Positions 8,809-16,199 of a stretch of DNA of 64,000 nucleotides are shown here, in pieces; within the stretch, counting starts at the first letter, position 1, and every line of letters begins with the position of its first letter. Where the stretch lies: assembly GCA_022509165.1 (NCBI GenBank), contig JAFLTT010000003.1, forward strand, positions 92,919 to 156,918. The letters are read 5' to 3'. Position numbers and translations under genes: made by a program. The notes beneath the pieces were generated by a model. It saw only the letters and a list, made by a program, of their open reading frames with translations, was not told where the DNA came from and made no database searches. Origin of the DNA: Muribaculaceae bacterium. GTDB lineage: Bacteria; Bacteroidota; Bacteroidia; Bacteroidales; Muribaculaceae.

Positions 8809-9000
8809 ATGGCATGGTTAACAATAGATAAGAATGGAGAGGAATGGATATTTCAAAATGAACCTATATTAAAAAATGGAGAATGGTATGAAAAATATGT
8901 AATGCTACCTCCATTAGAATGTGTACAAGTTCCTGAAGGAACTATTGAAAAAATATTGGGATATAAATTAACATTAGAAACATCTCCTGTGGAGATTTGA
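8809..9000 (+). CDS. Hypothetical 63-aa protein
   Basis: ORF with protein-like composition (MAWLTIDKNGEEWIFQNEP...). Confidence 0.45.
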   Translation: MAWLTIDKNGEEWIFQNEPILKNGEWYEKYVMLPPLECVQVPEGTIEKILGYKLTLETSPVEI

Positions 9001-9048
9001 AGGTAATTGTGATGCAGTTGCCTTGATATAGAAATATTTATCCACTTA

Positions 9049-9786
9049 ATGAATATACTGACTTATAAAATTGAATCTATGGAAAATAAAAATAAAATGA
9101 CAGAAGAAGACAAGAATCGTAAGGCATATTACGCTCTGAAAGAGATACAGAGAAAGTACGGGTTTGACAATATTGCAAAACTCAGGGAATTTCATAAAGA
9201 AGTTTCAAAATTGTTCTTTGATTACGACCGAGAAGAAAATATATTTAAATGGGAGGGATTTGAACCCACTTTTAAAGAAATCTTCAAATTCTTCTCTGAG
9301 ATGGATACTATGGATGAATCTGAAATAGATAAAGCTTATAGTGGGTTAACGGGATTGTTAAATGAAGAAAAAATGACCCCTAAAATACTTGGATTCATTC
9401 ATGAAACCTATACTTCACGGTTATCGGAACCTGAGAAACTCCGCCGTAGAATTATAAAAGAAGGATTGGATATTGAAAAGACGCTCAGAGATTATTATAA
9501 AGATGAAATTGAAAAGAAATATAGGAATGTTTTTAAGCGAGTAATTGATTTTGCTTTTGAGTTCCCGAATGAATACTCTGATTGGACTAACCAAAGGTTA
9601 AATAAAGAGATTCATATGTACAAACGTCAATTTGAAGATATTGCTAACACAATGAGAGAGGCGAGCATTCCAAATAATATTATTAACGACTTTTTAAGAT
9701 ATGCTATTGTGATACCAGATTATAGGAAGAGAATTCAAGAAGCTTGGGAAAAACAAAGAGCAGAAAGACAAAGCCGAATGAATTGA
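9049..9786 (+). CDS. Hypothetical charged, helical 245-aa protein
   Basis: Long ORF. The start is uncertain, with an alternative Met 10 codons in. Confidence 0.55.
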   Translation: MNILTYKIESMENKNKMTEEDKNRKAYYALKEIQRKYGFDNIAKLREFHKEVSKLFFDYDREENIFKWEGFEPTFKEIFKFFSEMDTMDESEIDKAYSGLTGLLNEEKMTPKILGFIHETYTSRLSEPEKLRRRIIKEGLDIEKTLRDYYKDEIEKKYRNVFKRVIDFAFEFPNEYSDWTNQRLNKEIHMYKRQFEDIANTMREASIPNNIINDFLRYAIVIPDYRKRIQEAWEKQRAERQSRMN

Positions 9787-9796
9787 ATTATACCAA

Positions 9797-9851
9797 GCGT
9801 ACATTTTATGAAAAATATTATATTTGGTAATATTTAACGTAAAATGTACGC
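9797..9851. repeat. Junction inverted repeat D (GCGTACATTTT / AAAATGTACGC)
   Basis: 11-bp arms at 9797-9807 and 9841-9851, 10 nt after the stop at 9786. AAAATAACCTAT follows at 9856-9867. Confidence 0.85.
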
Positions 9852-9973
9852 TCCCAAAATAACCTATCAGAAGACTTAATGCAATAAAGGTTTGGAATAA
9901 CAGGTGAATTTTTTGATCGTCCTGTTTACCATTTATAAGGTTTCAGTATATTCTAATAATATGAAATAATAAA

Positions 9974-10654
9974 ATGAAGAAAACATTTGTAAATATACTT
10001 TCTATGGTTGCGATAAGTCTGTCGCTATTTATTCTAATGGCTTGTAGCAGAGATAAACAAATAACTGTTTGTTTTGTGCCATTGGATGGAATCAATAAAT
10101 CTCAGATAGAGCAATTGAAGAAAGAGTTCAAGGAAAATTTCACTGATAAAAGGAAGGAAGTTTTCTTTGTGGAGAGTCTGGAACATTTCAACACTCCTGA
10201 TTCATGCATCAATAAGAAGTATCATAGGTTTGAAGCAGGGACAATGCTCAAATTCCTGGATAATCAATTTGGAGAGTCAGCCAATCGGATAGCTGGTGAA
10301 AAGTCGGAAAATGGGTCTTCAGATTATTACATTATTGGCGTGACAAACAAAGATATTTCCACTCCCGTACATGGTAAAGAGAATTATGGAATACTTGGGT
10401 TATCAACATTAGGAGGAAATGTAAGTGTGATTTCCACTTACAGACTAAGAAATAAGAAAGAACTGTGGAAATTGGCAATGCATGAATTCGGTCATGGATA
10501 TTATAGTCTAAGACACTGCCCGAATGATGATCCGAGCTGCATCATGGCGGATGCTAAAGGTGGAAATCCCCATTTTGAATTGAAGGATACTTTATGTTCC
10601 ACCTGCTATGAAAAAAGCCTGAGACCAGATATCTTAAGAAAAATAATTAATTGA
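9974..10654 (+). CDS. Archaemetzincin-like (M54-type) zinc metalloprotease lipoprotein
   Basis: The lipobox is 'LMACS'. 'HEFGHGYYSLRHCPNDDPSCIM...(16 aa)...CSTC' fits HExxHxxGxxxCx4CxM-X17-CxxC apart from the G position. Confidence 0.75.
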   Translation: MKKTFVNILSMVAISLSLFILMACSRDKQITVCFVPLDGINKSQIEQLKKEFKENFTDKRKEVFFVESLEHFNTPDSCINKKYHRFEAGTMLKFLDNQFGESANRIAGEKSENGSSDYYIIGVTNKDISTPVHGKENYGILGLSTLGGNVSVISTYRLRNKKELWKLAMHEFGHGYYSLRHCPNDDPSCIMADAKGGNPHFELKDTLCSTCYEKSLRPDILRKIIN

Positions 10655-10679
10655 TTTTATTCATTTAAAAATAAAGATT

Positions 10680-10871
10680 ATGAAAAAGTTTATTTTTGCC
10701 GTTGTAGCAGTCATGGGATTGGGAGTTATATCATGTTCACATAACAATCAGAAGACTGAAGAAACAGCACAGATAGAGGAAGAAGAAATTGGATGTCTAT
10801 GTTGTCCTGTAGAAGAAGCTCCAGCAGATACATTGGATTTTGTTGCTCCAATTCCATAGATTAATCTATAA
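10680..10871 (+). CDS. Small lipoprotein (63 aa by manual translation); not in the supplied ORF track
   Basis: MKKFIFAVVAVMGLGVISCS... is a classic lipoprotein signal with a Cys. The ORF lies 25 nt after the metzincin stop. Its C-terminal part looks odd; see findings. Confidence 0.4.
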
Positions 10872-10885
10872 AGGGAAAAGTGAAA

Positions 10886-10940
10886 GCGTACATTTTTAGA
10901 TGTGATTTATAATAATTATAGATTAAATAAAAATGTACGC
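10886..10940. repeat. Junction inverted repeat E (GCGTACATTTTT / AAAAATGTACGC)
   Basis: 12-bp arms at 10886-10897 and 10929-10940, with a 31-nt AT-rich centre. Confidence 0.85.
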
Positions 10941-11003
10941 TCCTTTTATAGATAAAATTATTTGAATTAATTTTGAAAGTCAATATCTTAAAATCATTAC
11001 ACT

Positions 11004-11480
11004 ATGGCATCGATGGAAGAACTTCCTCCAAAACCTCCTATTATTTCTGGAACAGTAGGAGTCGCAAACTCATTTTCGAATAAACCTATGAGAGCTCCCG
11101 ATGTAAATCATTTAGAATTAGGAGATGAATTCACAATACCTGAGAATTTTCAAGTATTTACCCAAACTTTTAATGATCGTGAGGTTGAATATATTAGGGT
11201 AAAATTAAAAAATGGGAAATACAAAGATTTTTACCCAGCTATTTTTTATAAATTCAAATCCATTGTTGATGATGAAGGAATTCCAACAGGTAAGAGAGCA
11301 TATACGAAAGGTACGGCGACAGATTTATTTTTATTACAAGGTAATTTAATTAAAGGAATGGATGCTCTAAAAGGAAGGACTTTAAGAATTACAAATATTG
11401 AATTCGTTAAAATACTTCCTTATGGAGGTACTAATACCTATGCCCTGCATCCAGTTTTGACAATAGATTTAGTTGACTAA
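11004..11480 (+). CDS. Hypothetical 158-aa protein
   Basis: ORF only. A -7-like TAATTTTG lies at 10968-10975. Confidence 0.5.
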   Translation: MASMEELPPKPPIISGTVGVANSFSNKPMRAPDVNHLELGDEFTIPENFQVFTQTFNDREVEYIRVKLKNGKYKDFYPAIFYKFKSIVDDEGIPTGKRAYTKGTATDLFLLQGNLIKGMDALKGRTLRITNIEFVKILPYGGTNTYALHPVLTIDLVD

Positions 11481-11584
11481 AACTAAATTTTATTCTGATA
11501 AATTATTATCTTTGTAATAAGAAACAAAGGATTTCTATAATTTAGAAATTATCCAAGAGAACAATAATTTTAGAGAATTACATT

Positions 11585-11608
11585 AATCTGTAAACCAATC
11601 TGTAAACC
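11585..11608 (+). repeat. Tandem 12-mer AATCTGTAAACC x2
   Basis: Perfect tandem duplication 47 nt upstream of the tRNA-Lys-like gene. Confidence 0.8.
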
Positions 11609-11654
11609 GACTTAATATAATAAGGATAGTAAGCAGATACTAAGATAACTGTAA

Positions 11655-11771
11655 GATTCGTTAGCTCAGCAGGTTGCATTTGAAAGGAGAGCCGAAGGCG
11701 AGCCTTTTAAATGCGTAAGAGAAACAACACTTTTAATGTTGGGGTCCTGGGTTCGAGCCCCAGGCGGATCA
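11655..11771 (+). tRNA. tRNA-Lys(UUU)-like gene carrying a 39-nt hairpin insertion in the D-loop (117 nt; possibly non-functional)
   Basis: - Acceptor GATTCGT pairs with GCGGATC, using 2 G-U pairs.
- The D-stem 5' strand is GCTC.
- The anticodon arm is CAACA-CTTTTAA-TGTTG.
- The T-arm is CTGGG-TTCGAGC-CCCAG.
- An extra hairpin lies at 11676-11714. Confidence 0.6.
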
Positions 11772-11777
11772 CTCCCC

Positions 11778-11816
11778 AAAATTGCAATTAATTGTTAATC
11801 AATTAATTGCAATTTT
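11778..11816 (+). terminator. Long AT-rich hairpin plus T-tract after the tRNA-like gene
   Basis: AAAATTGCAATTAATTG-TTAAT-CAATTAATTGCAATTTT, followed by TTCTTTTCC. Confidence 0.6.
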
Positions 11817-12239
11817 TTCTTTTCCTGAATGGCCCTACCGTTGCACCACAGAATTCTGTAATTCCATTCCAGAATCGCCGAATCATTAGGATTTTATTCA
11901 AAATTTTACTTGTAGTGGATAAAAAACTTATAATTTTATCCAATACAGAGTAAATAATGGATAAATTAGAAAAATTTTTAATTTGCAATGTTTATTTCCG
12001 GTGGCCTCTGGTTTCAAGCCATCGGGTTTGGTTTTTTTGGGCCGGAGAATCTTCCCGGGGATTAGTTGCATAATAATTATATTTCCCTCTATCTTCTATG
12101 CTGAAACTCCCTATAGATCGCAAATAATTCATTAGTGTACCTTTTACTTTAAATAGGAGTTTAAGAAGTTTAATAACGGAATGGCCGGTAAAATCATTAA
12201 CTTTGTTAATTGAAATAGTAAACTCTTAATCAAGCATAA

Positions 12240-14012
12240 ATGGGAACAGAAGAACTGTCGAAAAGAACCACTGTAAACATTCAAGAGAAGGCAAATCTTA
12301 TTTGGGCTATAGCCGATAAGTTGGTAGGCACATACAAGCCCCATGAGTATGGAAATGTAATCCTTCCCATGTGCGTTATAAAGCGTTTTAGCGATACTTT
12401 GGCACCAACCAAGCAAAAGGTTATTGACACCAATGAAATGCTTGAGAAACGAGGATTAGCGGTTAAAGATGGGTTCTTACGTAGTGCCTCCGGTTATGAT
12501 TTCTATAACACTTCGCCTTTCACTTTTGAAGGTCTGCTCTCCGATCCTGAGAATATAGCCGACAATTTACGCAGTTATCTAAATCATTTCTCCAACAATG
12601 TGATTGATGTCATCGAAAAATTCGATTTCGACAAGGAGATAACCAAACTTGACAACAACGGCATCCTATACAACGTAATAGCCGAGTTCAACACAAAGAA
12701 GGCTTACATGGGTGCTGATGAGATTTCAGCGGTCGACATGGGCTATATATTCGAGGAATTAGTAAGGAAATTCTCTGAAAGTTATGATGAACAAGCGGGA
12801 GCACATTTCACAGCAAGGGATATTATTTATCTGATGGCTGAATTGCTTGTGGCTCCCAGACGTAAGGAACTTCAAGAGGAAGGTATAACAGCGAGTGTCT
12901 ATGACATGGCGATGGGTACTTCACAGATGTTGGATTGTTTGAGCGAAAAACTCCATGAGATTGATGAGGATGCACAGTTGACGGAGTTCGGTCAGGAACT
13001 TAATGAGCAGACCTTCGCCATTGCCAAAGCAAATATGCTTATCAAGGGAGGAAATGCCGAGAATATGAAGCATGGAAACACACTTTCCGATGATAAATTC
13101 AGTGGTTATAAATTCGATTACATTATATCTAATCCCCCATTCGGCATTGAATGGAAAAATGAGAAATCAGCAGTTGAAGCCGAGCATAAATTAGGTGAAG
13201 CAGGTCGTTTTGCCCCTGGACTTCCTGCGATCGGAGATAGTCAGCAACTCTTTGTTCTCAATGGTGTAGCCAAGTTGAAGGATAACGGTAGAATGGCTAT
13301 TATTCAGAATGGTTCTCCTTTATTCAAGGGAGACGCTGGAAGTGGAGAAAGTAATATAAGAGGTTATCTTTTGGAAAATGATTGGATTGAAGCCATTGTT
13401 CAGATTCCGAATGATATGTTCTATAACACTGGCATAGCAACCTATATATGGGTAATCACAAAGGAAAAATCAGCGGAAAGAGTTGGTAAGGTTCAACTGA
13501 TAGATGCTTCCAAATGTGGAGTTAAGAGAAGAAAATCTATCGGTAGCAAGAGAAACGAGTTCACGGATGAGTGTATATCCCTTATCTCCAAAGCTTACGA
13601 TGAGTTCAAGGATGCACATTATAAAGATGAAGAAATCGACATAGAGGTGGAATCCAAGATAAAGGATGTTGAGGATTTCAAATTTAGCAAAGTAACTGTA
13701 GATAGACCTATTACAGATGAAAATGGAAATCCCATTTTGAAGAAAGGGAAACCACAAGCCGACAGTGGGAAGAGAGATACGGAAACAATTCCATGGAAAG
13801 AAAAGATAGAAACCTACATGGAGAAAAATGTCTATCCCTACGCTTCCGACGCATGGATAGATGAGAAGAAAACCAAGATAGGTTATGAGATACCATTCAC
13901 AAGAGAGTTTTACAAATATGCTGCTCCGAGAAATAGCGAAGAAATATTTGCATCCCTTCAATCGCTTGATGAGAAAGAACAAGAATTAATGGCTAAAATA
14001 ATCGGGCGATGA
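12240..14012 (+). CDS. hsdM: Type I restriction-modification system, methyltransferase subunit M
   Basis: HsdM-type N-terminus, the 'NPPFG' catalytic motif, and an ATGA overlap with hsdS. Confidence 0.93.
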   Translation: MGTEELSKRTTVNIQEKANLIWAIADKLVGTYKPHEYGNVILPMCVIKRFSDTLAPTKQKVIDTNEMLEKRGLAVKDGFLRSASGYDFYNTSPFTFEGLLSDPENIADNLRSYLNHFSNNVIDVIEKFDFDKEITKLDNNGILYNVIAEFNTKKAYMGADEISAVDMGYIFEELVRKFSESYDEQAGAHFTARDIIYLMAELLVAPRRKELQEEGITASVYDMAMGTSQMLDCLSEKLHEIDEDAQLTEFGQELNEQTFAIAKANMLIKGGNAENMKHGNTLSDDKFSGYKFDYIISNPPFGIEWKNEKSAVEAEHKLGEAGRFAPGLPAIGDSQQLFVLNGVAKLKDNGRMAIIQNGSPLFKGDAGSGESNIRGYLLENDWIEAIVQIPNDMFYNTGIATYIWVITKEKSAERVGKVQLIDASKCGVKRRKSIGSKRNEFTDECISLISKAYDEFKDAHYKDEEIDIEVESKIKDVEDFKFSKVTVDRPITDENGNPILKKGKPQADSGKRDTETIPWKEKIETYMEKNVYPYASDAWIDEKKTKIGYEIPFTREFYKYAAPRNSEEIFASLQSLDEKEQELMAKIIGR

Positions 14013-15370
14013 TGGAGGAGAGAGTAAGGGAGATGAAAGACAGCGGTATTCCTTGGATTGGTGAGATTCCGAAGGATTGGGAAATAAAGCCTTTAAAATA
14101 TGTACTGAATAGACGAAACGAAAAAAATAATCCTATAAAATCTAAAGAAAGATTATCCTTATCTATAGATATAGGAATAACAAAATATGAAGATAAAACA
14201 ACTAATCTTGATAGATTCAAAGATGATTTTGAACAATATCAATTAGCATATCCTAATGACATTGTTTTAAACAGCATGAATATGATTGTGGGTGCTGTTG
14301 GTAAATCTAATTATTTTGGATGCGTCAGCCCTGTATATTATGTAATGACTCCTTCTAAGGAATCATATCCTGACTATTATGGTTATCTCCTAAATGTTCC
14401 CTCGATAAGAAAGATTTATCATAAACTTGGAAAAGGTATTTATGCAATTGAAAGAGGAGAAGGTCGTGTAAATACTTGCAGATTAAAAGTGTCATTCAAT
14501 GATTTTGGTAGAATTAATATTCCCTTTCCCCCAATACAAGAGCAAAAAACGATTGCTGAATTTTTGGATAGGAAATGTAGTGAAATAGATGAATTGGTGG
14601 CTCTTCAAGACAAGATGATTGAGGAATTGAAGGCTTATAAGCAGTCTATTATAACCGAAACTGTCACCAAAGGTCTTAATCCGAATTTACCCCTAAAAAA
14701 CAGTGGTATCGAGTGGATAGGGGAAATCCCACAGCATTGGGATGTTAAACCATTTAAAGCAGTTTATTCTCTTGGCAAAGGATTAACCATTACAAAAGCA
14801 GATTTAGTAGAAAATGGTATTTCCGTGATAAGTTACGGTCAAATACATTCAAAATCAAACAGCGGTACTTCTATTAAGGATGAATTAATTAGATATGTAC
14901 CTTCTATTTTTATAGAAAACAACCAAAATTGTCTTGTTAATCATGGAGATGTGATTTTTGCTGATACATCCGAAGATTTAGAAGGGTGTGGCAACTGCAT
15001 ATTCATTGATAGAGATATGCTTTTATTCGCTGGTTATCATACCATAATTGCATTTAATAAATCCAATTATAAAAACAAGTATTTTTCCTATCTTTTCAAA
15101 ACAGATTCATGGAGAACCCAATTACGAACACTTGTAAATGGGGTTAAATTATATAGCATACCACAGAAAACCCTTTCTTCTACTTATATTATCGTACCCC
15201 CTCTTTCCGAACAACAAGAAATAGCAGATTATCTTGACAATAAATGCTCTGAAATTGACAGCCTTATTGAGTTGAAGCAACAAAAGATAGAGGAATTGAA
15301 GGATTATAAGAAATCCATCATCTATGAATATGTAACTGGCAAAAAACAAGTGGAAATCAATGAAATATAA
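14009..15370 (+). CDS. hsdS: Type I R-M specificity subunit S
   Basis: Two target-recognition halves. Each is preceded by 'IPxxWE.KPLK'-type motifs and followed by conserved coiled regions ('EQ..IA.FLD.KCSEID.L'). Confidence 0.92.
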   Translation: MMEERVREMKDSGIPWIGEIPKDWEIKPLKYVLNRRNEKNNPIKSKERLSLSIDIGITKYEDKTTNLDRFKDDFEQYQLAYPNDIVLNSMNMIVGAVGKSNYFGCVSPVYYVMTPSKESYPDYYGYLLNVPSIRKIYHKLGKGIYAIERGEGRVNTCRLKVSFNDFGRINIPFPPIQEQKTIAEFLDRKCSEIDELVALQDKMIEELKAYKQSIITETVTKGLNPNLPLKNSGIEWIGEIPQHWDVKPFKAVYSLGKGLTITKADLVENGISVISYGQIHSKSNSGTSIKDELIRYVPSIFIENNQNCLVNHGDVIFADTSEDLEGCGNCIFIDRDMLLFAGYHTIIAFNKSNYKNKYFSYLFKTDSWRTQLRTLVNGVKLYSIPQKTLSSTYIIVPPLSEQQEIADYLDNKCSEIDSLIELKQQKIEELKDYKKSIIYEYVTGKKQVEINEI

Positions 15371-15542
15371 TTTTGCGGCCGAAAATTTTGACCACAAATT
15401 CCTAAATACTTACTTCAAAGCCGAATATATAGACTTTGAAAAATGGAAAGGTGATCAAAATTTTTGACCACCTACTAAGTATTCATTAATTTTCAAGATC
15501 AATATTTTTGACTTTGAAAACAAAATCAAAAACAATACATTA

Positions 15543-16199
15543 ATGGCAGATATAATCACAACCAGTGAAGTTAAGGATGTTATAATTCCTTTGAGAGGAG
15601 AAGAGGTAATTCTCGATTTTGAGGTTGCCAAACTATATGGTGTGGAGACCAAGCGAATAAATGAAGCAGTCAAAAATAATCCCGAAAAGTTTCCCACAGG
15701 CTTCGTTTTGGAATTAACAAAAGAAGAGTGGAAGGTTCTAAGGTCGAAAATTTCGACCTTAGAGGATAAAAATGGTAAAGGTAATCATCCGAAATATCTT
15801 CCAAAAGCCTTCACTGAAAGAGGATTATATATGCTTGCAACTATCTTGAAAAGCCCGATTGCAACACAAACCACATTGGCAATTGTAAATACCTTTGCAC
15901 AAGTTCGTGAAGTGAGAAGACAGATTCTTGCCATGCATGCCATGGAAGGTAAGATGGATAAGAAATCTCAGATGAATTTCCTTACAGGTTTCGGAAATCT
16001 ATTGACAGATATTCTGATGCCTGAAATGGAAACCTCCGACACTGAGACTTCCATGGAATTGAACTTCGTAATAGGCAAGTTAAAGCACACTGTGAAAAGA
16101 AGTAAAAAGAAAGATGAGGTAGGAAAATTAATCAGTATCGCCAAAAAGATGCTTGAAAAAGGATATTCAGAAGAGGATATTGCAGATATTTTGAAATGA
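15543..16199 (+). CDS. ORF6N/KilA-N-like DNA-binding domain protein embedded in the R-M operon
   Basis: 'VILDFEVAKLYGVETKRINEAVKNNPEKFP..F.LELTKEE' and 'PKAFTERGLYMLATILKS' are ORF6N hallmarks. An ATGA overlap links it to hsdR. Confidence 0.75.
   Translation: MADIITTSEVKDVIIPLRGEEVILDFEVAKLYGVETKRINEAVKNNPEKFPTGFVLELTKEEWKVLRSKISTLEDKNGKGNHPKYLPKAFTERGLYMLATILKSPIATQTTLAIVNTFAQVREVRRQILAMHAMEGKMDKKSQMNFLTGFGNLLTDILMPEMETSDTETSMELNFVIGKLKHTVKRSKKKDEVGKLISIAKKMLEKGYSEEDIADILK

Larger units (their letters stand above)
1..11650 (+). mobile_element. Accessory end of a conjugative-transposon-like element: CTn-type genes followed by an orphan cassette array. The left boundary lies outside the window.
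   Basis: The DUF3871-like/RadC/PcfK/PcfJ gene set is typical of Bacteroidales CTns. All ORFs are on the + strand. The segment is AT-rich and carries repeated junction hairpins. Confidence 0.55.

Noticed and set aside
3420-10940. I considered whether the repeated hairpins are a CRISPR array or a classical integron.
   Set aside because: The repeats are inverted, not direct, and are spaced 1-2 kb apart with protein-coding DNA between them, so this is not a CRISPR array. There is no intI gene, no GTTRRRY/RYYYAAC core and no attI in the window, so this is not a classical integron. Only the cassette-like logic is retained, as a hypothesis.
11803-11988. I examined the 61-aa minus-strand ORF just right of the tRNA-like gene as a possible remnant integrase or excisionase.
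   Set aside because: It has no similarity to Xis or Int motifs and a composition typical of AT-rich noise. It is too short to support any call.
12144-14220. I examined the minus-strand ORFs overlapping hsdM and the hsdM/hsdS junction (12144-12416, 13470-13982, 13711-13896, 13993-14220).
   Set aside because: They are antisense to hsdM and hsdS, are hydrophobic or low-complexity, and have no promoter or motif support.
14009-15370. I considered whether hsdS is part of a phase-variable shufflon.
   Set aside because: Only one hsdS gene is present, with no silent half-genes, no invertible inverted repeats and no adjacent recombinase.
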